A stretch of DNA of 27,668 nucleotides, from IMG/VR virus record IMGVR_UViG_3300011897_000001, positions 62,001 through 89,668 of that record. One strand, given 5' to 3'. Both the position numbers and the translations under genes were made by a program. Below the pieces are notes generated by a model, which worked only from the letters and a program-made list of their open reading frames with translations, did no database searches and had not been told where the DNA came from. Below, piece by piece: positions 9,081-17,668 of the stretch. Position 1 is the stretch's first letter. Every line of letters starts with the position of its first letter. The DNA comes from an uncultured virus (IMG/VR IMGVR_UViG_3300011897_000001) (Duplodnaviria > Heunggongvirae > Uroviricota > Caudoviricetes).

Positions 9081-9356
9081 TTATTCTCCTGATTTGGTGG
9101 TTAGGTAGTTGTAAACGTTAAGATCAATCTCTTCATAGTATGGTGATTTCACCACGCTATCGTATTTAACACCCATAACTTTGTAAAGATCAGATTCATC
9201 TTGAATCGTTTTAAAGAAGTAGTTAATACCACCGTGAGTGACTTTACCTGTGGCCGAATTAAAGCCTTCTACGGGTACGTTGTTAACTTTGGCAAAGAAA
9301 TCCATGGCTTGCCGCGAATGCTGGTTGTTCTTGCTTACGTACAGAATGTTTTTCAT
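9081..9356 (-). CDS. Hypothetical protein
   Basis: 91-aa ORF, AAGGAG RBS. Confidence 0.75.
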   Translation of the reverse strand: MKNILYVSKNNQHSRQAMDFFAKVNNVPVEGFNSATGKVTHGGINYFFKTIQDESDLYKVMGVKYDSVVKSPYYEEIDLNVYNYLTTKSGE

Positions 9357-9400
9357 TTCTCTCTCCTTTAATATTAGCTCATCCTTGAGCCTATGTCAGT

Positions 9401-10132
9401 TTAGATAATCATCAGCAGACGATCACTGATGCGCATAAACGGCAAATCTTCGTTGCTGTCAAACTCTGGTTCAGCCTGTGGTGTTGGCTTACGTGCTGGT
9501 GCTTGTTCTTCCTCAGCAGGTTTAGCCTCAACCTTCTTCACCTTGTAGCTGCCCAGCACTTCATCTTCTACGCTATCTGAACTGCCGGAACGACCCTCAT
9601 AAGGAACGTGTTCAACAACTTGTAGAGTGTCAAGGGTTACCACTAGCTGACCATCTTGGTTTTTGTAGCCGAACAGTTTTAGCGTACAGACAGAACCATT
9701 ACCAACATTCTCAGTAAACGCATTACCTTCAGTGTCAATCACGTTCACAGCTTGACGATTGCCAGCCTTGCTAAACTCAGGCTTAGCTACAGTGAAGCCC
9801 CACAGACCTTTGACAAGATCGTAGTTTGCTTTACCTTCCTCAACCTGACTGGACAGCGGAAACTTAATCTTACGAGGTGGCTTAGAAGTCTTGGTTACAC
9901 CTACTTCAGAAAAGGTCTTGTTCAACATCACTTCATCTAGAAGCTTGTCTTTAACTTCTTCGTTCACAAACACAGTAGCGCCAAACTCTTTATCCTGAGA
10001 CTGATATTTAAGCTTAGGTTCGTGAACAGAGGCAAAGAAGACAACAGCGTCAGTAATGTATACGTGAAAGTTCTCTAGGCTACCTTTCTTTGGTAGAGCT
10101 TTGACGATAACGTTGGAAGCTTGCTTAGTCAT
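9401..10132 (-). CDS. Single-stranded DNA-binding protein (T7 gp2.5-like)
   Basis: VGNGS motif, LQVVEHVPY, acidic tail EPEFDSNEDLPF; replication-module context. Confidence 0.75.
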   Translation of the reverse strand: MTKQASNVIVKALPKKGSLENFHVYITDAVVFFASVHEPKLKYQSQDKEFGATVFVNEEVKDKLLDEVMLNKTFSEVGVTKTSKPPRKIKFPLSSQVEEGKANYDLVKGLWGFTVAKPEFSKAGNRQAVNVIDTEGNAFTENVGNGSVCTLKLFGYKNQDGQLVVTLDTLQVVEHVPYEGRSGSSDSVEDEVLGSYKVKKVEAKPAEEEQAPARKPTPQAEPEFDSNEDLPFMRISDRLLMII

Positions 10133-10157
10133 ATAGTATTTCTCCTGTTTGGTTTAG

Positions 10158-10472
10158 TTAGATTGCTTCGTAGACAGTAGTGGTTTTCTGTACAGCTTTT
10201 ACCTCTGTGAACTCAATAGGACCATCTTCCCACTCATACGGTCCTTCATCTTGACATTCTGTAGCTCCAACTTGATACGTGGTTTCATAAAAGGCACCAC
10301 TGTCCAAATCTTTCCATACAGATTGATGTTGAACTGACCACCGACTAGTTCCGATAATCTCTTCGTGGACGCACTCTAAATTATAATCAAATCCTTCCCA
10401 GTCTATAGTTTTGGTTCCTACGCCAATCCCTGCCATTTCACGTGCATCTTCTAGATTAATAAAGATTGCCAT
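10158..10472 (-). CDS. Hypothetical acidic protein
   Basis: 104-aa ORF with SRWS...Y.VGATE.QD motif seen in small phage proteins. Confidence 0.8.
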   Translation of the reverse strand: MAIFINLEDAREMAGIGVGTKTIDWEGFDYNLECVHEEIIGTSRWSVQHQSVWKDLDSGAFYETTYQVGATECQDEGPYEWEDGPIEFTEVKAVQKTTTVYEAI

Positions 10473-10474
10473 TT

Positions 10475-10490
10475 TCTCTCTCTCTCTCTC
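10475..10490. repeat. (TC)8 / (GA)8 microsatellite in RBS spacer
   Basis: TCTCTCTCTCTCTCTC between the upstream stop/RBS and ATG 10472. Confidence 0.9.
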
Positions 10491-10715
10491 CTATTTAATC
10501 TTAAACTTTTTCTTCAAACCGACATTGCTCACAACCATCAGCAACACACTTGCAATGATACTAAATAGCCAAGTGTAAAGCAAGCTTGAGAGTAGATAAA
10601 ATTCCCACACTACTAGGCAATAGACAGTGTACACGAACAAGAATGGTGATACTGAGATTACCAAGAGTAGTACGAAGATTCCTAGAAAGCCTAGGGCTGC
10701 TGTAAGGGCTTGCAT
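10491..10715 (-). CDS. Small membrane protein
   Basis: Two hydrophobic segments, basic C-terminus KKKFKIK. Confidence 0.7.
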   Translation of the reverse strand: MQALTAALGFLGIFVLLLVISVSPFLFVYTVYCLVVWEFYLLSSLLYTWLFSIIASVLLMVVSNVGLKKKFKIK

Positions 10716-11020
10716 TATTTGCTCACCACTCGATATTTAACAATGTCCGAGCAGCCACCACGCTTCTCCCAAATCCACGCATCTACACAATCAACGCAAG
10801 TTCCCCCGTCTAAAAATTCAACTTCAACATAAGTTTTACCATCAATACTAGGTTGTTTCCCGATATTCTTAATCCAAATATCACCACCAAAATTCAAGTG
10901 ATCAGCACTCACCACAACACCACTAATCTTATTCTCCCAATCCTTGAAGTCCTCGTAAGATGAGAAGTGATAGGTTTTCATCACCTCACCAACGGATTCA
11001 GTTACAGTAACGTAGCCCAT
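10715..11020 (-). CDS. Hypothetical protein
   Basis: C-terminal W..N.G.QP....VEVEF.DG...W.W...DIVKYR motif common in small phage proteins. Confidence 0.75.
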   Translation of the reverse strand: MGYVTVTESVGEVMKTYHFSSYEDFKDWENKISGVVVSADHLNFGGDIWIKNIGKQPSIDGKTYVEVEFLDGGTCVDCVDAWIWEKRGGCSDIVKYRVVSK

Positions 11021-11229
11021 TATTGTTCATCCTCATCATCTTCGTCAGTGACGTCATCGTAGGAATACTCACCCTCTTGTACACTGATACCGCAAGCTTG
11101 TAGAAGCTCTTGAGCATCGTTCTGGAAGTTGAAGTCCCAGAAGTTACCCTCTCCAAATACTTTACCGTCAACGAGAACTTGGAGCATTTCACATTCCTCG
11201 TCAATCAGGAATTTAACGGTCTTGGTCAT
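11020..11229 (-). CDS. Hypothetical acidic protein
   Basis: GGAGGG RBS, ATG 11229, GNFWDF motif. Confidence 0.75.
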   Translation of the reverse strand: MTKTVKFLIDEECEMLQVLVDGKVFGEGNFWDFNFQNDAQELLQACGISVQEGEYSYDDVTDEDDEDEQ

Positions 11230-11240
11230 GATCACCCTCC

Positions 11241-11402
11241 TTACCGAACCCGCTTAGTCTTAGCCATTTGGTGGATATGAAACTTGCCAGTGTATTCCTG
11301 TTCAAGCTGACGTTTTACTTCTCGGGCAGAGTCGCGTGAGAAAGCTACGTCAACAATGTAGCCGTTGGTTTTGCTTACGATTGCGTATACGAAATTGGTC
11401 AT
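11241..11402 (-). CDS. Small hypothetical protein (53 aa, not in ORF track)
   Basis: AAGGAG RBS; MTNFVYAIVSKTNGYIVDVAFSRDSAREVKRQLEQEYTGKFHIHQMAKTKRVR. Confidence 0.75.
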   Translation of the reverse strand: MTNFVYAIVSKTNGYIVDVAFSRDSAREVKRQLEQEYTGKFHIHQMAKTKRVR

Positions 11403-11420
11403 TTGGTTATTCTCCTTTAA

Positions 11421-11624
11421 TCAATATAGTGAATTAATTTGCATAAACATATCATTGTCTAGTTCAAGAGACAAATTTGTTTCGTAACCCATATCTTCCC
11501 AAAGCTCTTGTAGATTTTTGTTTGAATTACTAAGGGCTGCATAAAGAATATTAAGCTCAGCCTGACTCTCAATGGTGATAGTCACCGGTTCAAATTTCTT
11601 GCTATCACGTTTTACAATCATCAC
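11421..11624 (-). CDS. Hypothetical protein
   Basis: GGGGAG RBS; FEPVTITIESQAEL motif; first gene after the promoter at 11656-11683. Confidence 0.75.
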   Translation of the reverse strand: MMIVKRDSKKFEPVTITIESQAELNILYAALSNSNKNLQELWEDMGYETNLSLELDNDMFMQINSLY

Positions 11625-11655
11625 ACTCCCCTTTCAGATTAATTTGGGTACAACC

Positions 11656-11683
11656 ATTATAGACTATTCTACAGCGATGTCAA
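11656..11683 (-). promoter_or_regulatory. Consensus sigma70 promoter
   Basis: TTGACA-N16-TATAAT with perfect hexamers. Confidence 0.85.
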
Positions 11684-12348
11684 CGGGTTTTTAGTGATTC
11701 CGATAGTGACTCAGAAATTTTACCTTTCTTTCGACTCCTCGGTTTCCAAGGGATTCCAGTAAACCATGACCAGCTCCTACCTGTCCATATGTTTGAAATA
11801 GTTATCTGTTTAACCCCATACATGTCTGCGATTTTCTGTTGACTAAGAGTTCTTTCCTTTAGAAGTTTAACTATGTCAGAAACATTTTCTTCTGTCAACT
11901 CAGAATTATAATTTTTTGATCCTTTTATTGTATCTGTATTGTGAGTACCGGACGTCACGCACCAATCACAGTTAAATTTAGGACTACACCACTCAAGATT
12001 TGTATAAGCATTGTTCATTGGGTCATTGTCTTTGTGATTAACAAGAACATAGTCCAAACCTGCTAATTTACAAGTATTGACAAGTTCTTCACTGGGTTCT
12101 TGCAAGAAACATTCGGCTACCAGTCTATGCACTCTTGCTACCCTTTTTCTTTTACCCATGGTAAGTAAAACTTGTGGATAACCTCTTGTATCATTGCTTG
12201 GTTTGAAAATGTATTCTTCAAAGATTTGTTCCCAAGAGGTTACCTGATTACTCATCAACCGTAAAACCTTTAGTCGTTTAACTCTACCTAAATTGCTAAC
12301 CTGATAAATGCCTTCATATTCTTTAATGTCTTTCCAAATTTCCTGCAC
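11680..12348 (-). CDS. NUMOD4-HNH homing endonuclease with C-terminal HTH
   Basis: EIWKDIKEYEGIYQVSNLGRVK (NUMOD4), VHRLVA, VNHKDNDPMNNAYTNLEW, SQQKIADMYGV. Confidence 0.92.
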   Translation of the reverse strand: MQEIWKDIKEYEGIYQVSNLGRVKRLKVLRLMSNQVTSWEQIFEEYIFKPSNDTRGYPQVLLTMGKRKRVARVHRLVAECFLQEPSEELVNTCKLAGLDYVLVNHKDNDPMNNAYTNLEWCSPKFNCDWCVTSGTHNTDTIKGSKNYNSELTEENVSDIVKLLKERTLSQQKIADMYGVKQITISNIWTGRSWSWFTGIPWKPRSRKKGKISESLSESLKTR

Positions 12349-12350
12349 AA

Positions 12351-14483
12351 TTAATCCTTAATCAATGGGTCAATGAGTTTTCGAGCTTCCTTAATATAGT
12401 AATCGTAGTTTAGATCATCCCAATCAAACTGTTCAATCTTGTTGCAAGTCTTAACCTTCCAATCTGTATCAATAGATAGTCTTCGGTCTCCTTCAGCTTC
12501 TTTACCAGCAAGCGCAGGCATCAATTTGACAAGCTTTCCACCTTCCTCAGAGGGATAGTATCGACAAATGTTCTGCTGTTTTAGTTCTTCACCGTCATCC
12601 ATAACAAGAACAAGGCTGGAATTTCGAGGAACCTTAGTACGCAAGAGAAAATCCCATTTGTTTTTGTGTGCTTTAATAAACTCTTCGGCCTTACCTTTAC
12701 CCAGAATCTCATGCTCAGCAGCCATTGGAATGACTAGAGAGCTATGATTCTTGTTCCAGTCCAGACCAGCATATTCATACGCACCTTTGCGCTTAACTGA
12801 GCCGTCCTTTTCGTAGATACTGAGATAACTGTTAACGTCGCGGATTGCCATCATTGAATAGTCATTCCGTTCCATTTCAAGCTTGGTGGTATTCTCCCAT
12901 TCTTTTACGATTTTGTCAACTACTGGATCATCGCTTCGATTGTGCTTGAAAGTAATACCGTCCGTGTTCGCCTGAACCATGGTTAAGTCTTTAACTTTCA
13001 AAAGCTTTTCAATCAACATACAAAGCGAAAGCTGTCCTGAAATGGTGATAGTCATTGTGTAGAGTGCGTCGAAGAACGGACTGAACTCACTGTTGCTATC
13101 GCCATATACCCCATTGAGTGCCAATTTCATTACCGCATTTTCTGGACTACCTTTCGGAAAACTCTTGCGCTCATCATAAACGTCCTTATAAATCTTACAG
13201 AAGTTCTTACCCAAGTGCTTAGGGTAAACATCATTCGAGATTGCAAGGTTGGGGTAGTAGCTGGCAACATCTCGATCGTCAATAACTTGACGCTCATCAG
13301 AACGCACAATTCTTGACTCTACGCTACCGTGAATACCCCCAGTACCAAAGTCTAAACGAAAGCCATCTACAACCACGTTCAATGTTTCTGCTACATTCCA
13401 ATACAGCCAGTAAGCTTTCTTCTGACCGCCTCCGTTAGCTTTTGTTTCCTTCCCTTTAAGCTGAATCTCTTCGACCCAGCAAAGAGGCTTATCCTTCTTA
13501 AACTCTTCAATCTGAGCCTCTGTAGGCGCTTTAAAAAGCTTCTTACGCTTGGTGTGTAGCTGTGAATACTGTGCAAGCTCTGGACCAAGATCGCTTTCCA
13601 AAATGTCAGTGAAGACACCTTTAGTTTCGGTGATGCTCTGCTTCTTGAACCAATTCAATAGAGCATTAAACTCTGGTCGTTCGTACTTAATGTACGGAAG
13701 AATAGCATCCTTTAGATGGATAACCTCCCGCTTTGTTTGATTGATCGTGCGACCATACTTGCCAACCTTATAGCAGCTTCCTGGCATTTCACTTTCAAGA
13801 CGATTGATAAAATACTGCTTACCAATCTTGGTGTCATTGAAATTGGTGCAGTCAAAACCATACTTCTTTGTCAACTCCTCGCGAAACTTAAGAGCTTTAA
13901 CTGAATGATGATAGAAACGCAGAGTTTCCATAACATCGTGTTTGTTATAATGAATCAGAGTATCAATCTGAATTGAGTTTAGTTCTGTTCCTACCGGAAA
14001 AGGCAAATCCTCAATTGTCTCTGACCGCATATTAAATTCAAGCATTTTAAGAGAAGTTGCCCGCGCCTTGTTATCAAAGTGATGAACCTTATACAAATCA
14101 ACTTGAGGAATGATTACATCTTTAGGTTTGATTGCATTGCCAAACTTCTCATCTCTCTGTGAATTAATAAGATTCATTGCCACATCATAGATTTCAGAGG
14201 CAGTGATCTTCACCTTCTTACCTGCTTTGAAAGCTTTACGGGCTTTTTCAAGAATATGGTGAAGAACTGGATAATCAAATCCTACATTATTGAAACCTAC
14301 AAGTCGATGCTTATTAGCTACAACTTTCCTTAGAAAATCAAGGATATCTTCAATTTCATTTTTACGGTTGCTAACCTCAAATACCCGAACACCTTTACCA
14401 TTTGCATAGACAGCGCAGAAAGTGAAGGCATTCGGATAAGTTTCAATGTCAAAAATCCAATCACCCTTAATAAAGTCAGTCAT
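12351..14483 (-). CDS. Family B DNA polymerase with 3'-5' exonuclease domain
   Basis: Exonuclease motifs FDIETY, GFNNVGFD, YNKHDV; polymerase motifs DVASYYPN (A), KLALNGVYG (B), NTDG (C), K.KG. Confidence 0.93.
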   Translation of the reverse strand: MTDFIKGDWIFDIETYPNAFTFCAVYANGKGVRVFEVSNRKNEIEDILDFLRKVVANKHRLVGFNNVGFDYPVLHHILEKARKAFKAGKKVKITASEIYDVAMNLINSQRDEKFGNAIKPKDVIIPQVDLYKVHHFDNKARATSLKMLEFNMRSETIEDLPFPVGTELNSIQIDTLIHYNKHDVMETLRFYHHSVKALKFREELTKKYGFDCTNFNDTKIGKQYFINRLESEMPGSCYKVGKYGRTINQTKREVIHLKDAILPYIKYERPEFNALLNWFKKQSITETKGVFTDILESDLGPELAQYSQLHTKRKKLFKAPTEAQIEEFKKDKPLCWVEEIQLKGKETKANGGGQKKAYWLYWNVAETLNVVVDGFRLDFGTGGIHGSVESRIVRSDERQVIDDRDVASYYPNLAISNDVYPKHLGKNFCKIYKDVYDERKSFPKGSPENAVMKLALNGVYGDSNSEFSPFFDALYTMTITISGQLSLCMLIEKLLKVKDLTMVQANTDGITFKHNRSDDPVVDKIVKEWENTTKLEMERNDYSMMAIRDVNSYLSIYEKDGSVKRKGAYEYAGLDWNKNHSSLVIPMAAEHEILGKGKAEEFIKAHKNKWDFLLRTKVPRNSSLVLVMDDGEELKQQNICRYYPSEEGGKLVKLMPALAGKEAEGDRRLSIDTDWKVKTCNKIEQFDWDDLNYDYYIKEARKLIDPLIKD

Positions 14484-14487
14484 TTAT

Positions 14488-14519
14488 CCTCCTTACATGT
14501 AGGAGGGAATTACCCCTCC
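14488..14519 (-). promoter_or_regulatory. Hairpin operator / anti-SD element upstream of the DNA polymerase gene
   Basis: GGAGGGG-TAAT-TCCCTCC stem whose 3' arm can instead pair with the AGGAGG RBS. Confidence 0.5.
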
Positions 14520-14520
14520 A

Positions 14521-16254
14521 TTAAAAGTCTACCACAACTTCTTCACGACTACCATAGTCTTGAGGCTGCGGATCAAGAGATTGCTCAACATATGGATCAG
14601 GTGTAGCAAACATGTGCGTAGTAGCGTTATCGTATCGCAGCCACCCTGCATCACCTGTGTTACCAGTGCGACGACATTTTACTAGCTGAAGCTTGGTTGC
14701 TGACCGTTTAATAGGATCAGGGTTCATCTTATCGCGACTGATCAAGATCGTATTAAACGCAATTTGATTCAAGCTGGATGAGCCCATGAGCTGGTATTCC
14801 GTTACAGCATGTGGGTTTTCCTCTGAAGGTTTCTTCATGTGGCTAACCGCGATCACACAAGTGTCTGTCTCCTTAGCAAACTTAAGCAGCGTGTCCATGA
14901 ATTCAATGATTGCTCCGTTATCACTACTGTTCACACCTGCTTGGACAGGGTCAATAATAATGACATCACAGCTTTCAGCCTTAGCCAGATAGTTCAGCTT
15001 ATCGAAAATCTCCGTAGTAGAGATACTACCTTGGTGATCCACATAAACGAACTGATCTTTCTTAACCAAATTGTCAAAGAACCGAGTCTTCAGAGCTTGA
15101 ATATTGATCATTGAACGATCAGTGGTCCGAAGGTTTACACCGGCATCAAGCGATAGCAAATCCCGCACTACTTCACGCTTAGTGCCTTCAAGATACATAG
15201 CACCAACCTTAAACCGTGTATTCTCAATCAAGTGGAATACCACATTATTTACAATAGTTGACTTACCAATACTGGTCAAAGCTCCGATGATTGTAATCTC
15301 ACCCTTTTCCATACCACCACCCATCATCTCATTCAGATGAGACCAAGAGCTAGGAAGAGGAATCTTTACATTGTTATCTTCGCTCTCGAAATCATCCCAC
15401 ATCTGACTAAGGTGCAGAACGTCTACGCGACTAAAAGGCACCGCCTTCCAGAAGATTTGTTTAAGTTCAGCGGAACGGCCAGCTTTAACCATATCCGAAG
15501 CATCTTTAACGCCAGCAGGGAACTTAGCAATAAAGACTTTACCAGGGCTCAGTAGTCGTGCTGCTTGTTCTACATACTGTTGTGCATTGTCATCATTATC
15601 AAATGCCAAGATAACCTTTTCAAAGCTATTCAGGTATTCAAAGTTAGCCTTGAATTGTTTGATAATACTACCATCACCACAAGTCACGCTAACACAAGGC
15701 GTCCAATACTCTGCACTATCTTTCTTGCTGTATAGTGCTTGGGCAAAACTGAGGGCGTCTTCCTCGCCTGTGGTAATCACAAGATATTTCTGACCAGCTT
15801 CAAATACAGATTGCCCAAAGAGTTCGTTAGTGGCTTTGGTACTACCGATTCCAGTAAAACTTTTAGGTGTTGAGCGCTTCTTAAATCCTACAATCTTACC
15901 ATCTTTAGTCGAAGGGTAGTATCGAGCCTTTACATCAAATTCACCCTCAACCTCAGTATGCACACCATACTTAGCCGATACAGGTTGACCAATACCACGA
16001 GCTTTCCAACCCCGAAATGGGATAGCTTCAATATCACTAAAATCAGTTTCTACATGCTCACGCGCTTTATAGTTCTCAGCAGGTTCCAACTTAGCCTCCT
16101 TAGCAATTTCTGGACCAAAGTATTTATTACAGACAAAGCACCAGCAATCTACAACCGTGGTTCCGTCTTCTTTTTCTTTCTCATATACAGCCATGCCGTC
16201 AGAAGATTCACACTCTAGGCAGCTTGTATGAAACAGCAGAGTACCTTCTTTCAT
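14521..16254 (-). CDS. Primase-helicase (T7 gp4/Twinkle-like)
   Basis: Zn-binding CLEC...CFVC; TOPRIM LFGQ, TGEED, FDND, KDASD; SF4 helicase GALTSIGKST, YLE, IIID, VSHMKK, KCRRTGNTG. Confidence 0.93.
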   Translation of the reverse strand: MKEGTLLFHTSCLECESSDGMAVYEKEKEDGTTVVDCWCFVCNKYFGPEIAKEAKLEPAENYKAREHVETDFSDIEAIPFRGWKARGIGQPVSAKYGVHTEVEGEFDVKARYYPSTKDGKIVGFKKRSTPKSFTGIGSTKATNELFGQSVFEAGQKYLVITTGEEDALSFAQALYSKKDSAEYWTPCVSVTCGDGSIIKQFKANFEYLNSFEKVILAFDNDDNAQQYVEQAARLLSPGKVFIAKFPAGVKDASDMVKAGRSAELKQIFWKAVPFSRVDVLHLSQMWDDFESEDNNVKIPLPSSWSHLNEMMGGGMEKGEITIIGALTSIGKSTIVNNVVFHLIENTRFKVGAMYLEGTKREVVRDLLSLDAGVNLRTTDRSMINIQALKTRFFDNLVKKDQFVYVDHQGSISTTEIFDKLNYLAKAESCDVIIIDPVQAGVNSSDNGAIIEFMDTLLKFAKETDTCVIAVSHMKKPSEENPHAVTEYQLMGSSSLNQIAFNTILISRDKMNPDPIKRSATKLQLVKCRRTGNTGDAGWLRYDNATTHMFATPDPYVEQSLDPQPQDYGSREEVVVDF

Positions 16255-16532
16255 TTACTGGCCCTCCCGTATGATTCACCTTGGACCATTTTACCATCTC
16301 TGCTCCAAAGATACTTACCTGTATTCAAAGAAGTTTTACCACAAAGCTTAACCTTACCGTCTGGGGTTATATCCTTCCAATTTCCTCGTTTATTATACTT
16401 TGGTTGGTTTTCAAACCAATAGCAAATCCCATCTCTGTCCTTTGCTAACCACTGTGCCCATTCAGGTGCACTTTTGAAATACTCAGCTATATCTTTTTGT
16501 TTAAGCGAAGTAATTTCAAATCCTTTGTTCAT
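16251..16532 (-). CDS. Hypothetical protein
   Basis: APEWAQWLAKDRDGICYWFENQP motif common in phages. Confidence 0.75.
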   Translation of the reverse strand: MNKGFEITSLKQKDIAEYFKSAPEWAQWLAKDRDGICYWFENQPKYNKRGNWKDITPDGKVKLCGKTSLNTGKYLWSRDGKMVQGESYGRASK

Positions 16533-16648
16533 TTACTAACCCTATCAATCAACGCCAAATCCAGTAACACAGGCAACACCATAAGCCAAGCACTCCAAGT
16601 TGTTCCCACATAATAATTCAGCAAAATATAGCTGGCGATAGTGATCAT
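16529..16648 (-). CDS. Small membrane protein (39 aa, not in ORF track)
   Basis: AGGAG RBS; MITIASYILLNYYVGTTWSAWLMVLPVLLDLALIDRVSK; ATGA coupling. Confidence 0.6.
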   Translation of the reverse strand: MITIASYILLNYYVGTTWSAWLMVLPVLLDLALIDRVSK

Positions 16649-16650
16649 TC

Positions 16651-16911
16651 TTATTCTCCTGTATAAAATATCAGCGCATCATACTCTGAAATATCTGAGC
16701 GAAAATTACCTTTGTATTTTCTACAAAACTCTACTTGATAAGTTTCACCTTTACGCGGGCCGTAGTTCTTTACAGCATTGAATACATAAATCTTACCTGA
16801 ATAAATATCAGGCTCTCCGATTGAACTGCCAGTATTACCATCGTGACATTGAACCACAGGCATTTCGTCTGGGAGGTCTTTTATTAAATCTTTTAGTTCT
16901 TTGATATTCAT
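16651..16911 (-). CDS. Hypothetical protein
   Basis: MNIKELKDLIKDLPDEMPV-type N-terminus common in phages. Confidence 0.75.
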   Translation of the reverse strand: MNIKELKDLIKDLPDEMPVVQCHDGNTGSSIGEPDIYSGKIYVFNAVKNYGPRKGETYQVEFCRKYKGNFRSDISEYDALIFYTGE

Positions 16912-17106
16912 CTACTTAACCACCTTTAAATGACTTCTCTTCAACATCTTTTGCTTCGACTCAATCAAAGCATCAGCCGCTTTAAGCTTTCGCTGTTGAA
17001 TGTAGACAGGAAGATTCTCCGCAAGCTCATTCAAGAAGCTAATAGGCATGCTTTCTAAAGCGTCATAGAATAGCTGACATTGTGCATCAAATTGACTTAC
17101 CATCAC
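16912..17106 (-). CDS. Hypothetical protein
   Basis: GGAGGAG RBS; ends HLKVVK. Confidence 0.7.
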   Translation of the reverse strand: MMVSQFDAQCQLFYDALESMPISFLNELAENLPVYIQQRKLKAADALIESKQKMLKRSHLKVVK

Positions 17107-17254
17107 TCATCTCCTCCAATAATCTCTCAGCATTCAAGACAGCTTGCCTAATCAGAATCAGCCTAGGACTATCTATCCTAAACCATTCAACGTCAATTTG
17201 CAATTCCTCGTAAAAGTCTAACATCACCAGAATGGATTTGCAAGCGTCATACAT
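17087..17254 (-). CDS. Hypothetical protein
   Basis: Probable ATG 17254 (MYDACKS) just after the upstream stop. Confidence 0.55.
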   Translation of the reverse strand: MYDACKSILVMLDFYEELQIDVEWFRIDSPRLILIRQAVLNAERLLEEMSDGKSI

Positions 17255-17255
17255 C

Positions 17256-17477
17256 TCAACCAATGACTGCTCTAATCTCTGCTGCTTGGTCAGCTTGTCC
17301 TTCATCATAACCTCGCTCGTAAGCTTCGTCTAGCTTAGACTGGTGAGAATCCTGAAACTCCACAGAAGCTACGGAGAGGGCCGCCATAACGATTTCAGAG
17401 ATGTTGATACCCTCATACTCAAGGATACCTCTTTCAGCCATAGACAGCAAATCTGAGGGCTTGTAGATAGGGTTCAT
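17256..17477 (-). CDS. Hypothetical protein (paralog of 17474-17668)
   Basis: 73-aa ORF, ATGA coupling, YERGYDEG motif. Confidence 0.7.
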   Translation of the reverse strand: MNPIYKPSDLLSMAERGILEYEGINISEIVMAALSVASVEFQDSHQSKLDEAYERGYDEGQADQAAEIRAVIG

Positions 17478-17668
17478 CGTTCTGTACTCAGATAGTACAT
17501 ATGACCTTCCTTGAAACCATCAACGCTACCGCAATCATATTGATAGTCTGCTACCTTCAATACAATCTCACTAAAATTATAGCCATCAACAGCCAAGACG
17601 TTATCACGAGCAAGCTCTAGCAGTTCTTCTACATTCAACAAATCTAATTGATTAAGCGTCATAGTCAT
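17474..17668 (-). CDS. Hypothetical protein (paralog of 17256-17477)
   Basis: GGGAGGG RBS; GYNFSEIV motif. Confidence 0.7.
   Translation of the reverse strand: MTMTLNQLDLLNVEELLELARDNVLAVDGYNFSEIVLKVADYQYDCGSVDGFKEGHMYYLSTER

Noticed and set aside
9371..9399. CTGACA-N17-TAATAT possible promoter with a GCTCA/TGAGC dyad
   Set aside because: The predicted start site would fall inside the downstream RBS; more likely just a small hairpin
10491..10715. Holin call for the two-TM protein
   Set aside because: No endolysin or spanin nearby and it sits in the replication module; kept as a generic membrane protein
13330..13630. Possible intein or intron in the DNA polymerase (Lys-rich insertion)
   Set aside because: The frame is continuous, there are no intein C/S...HN-C/S/T termini or LAGLIDADG motifs, and the length is normal
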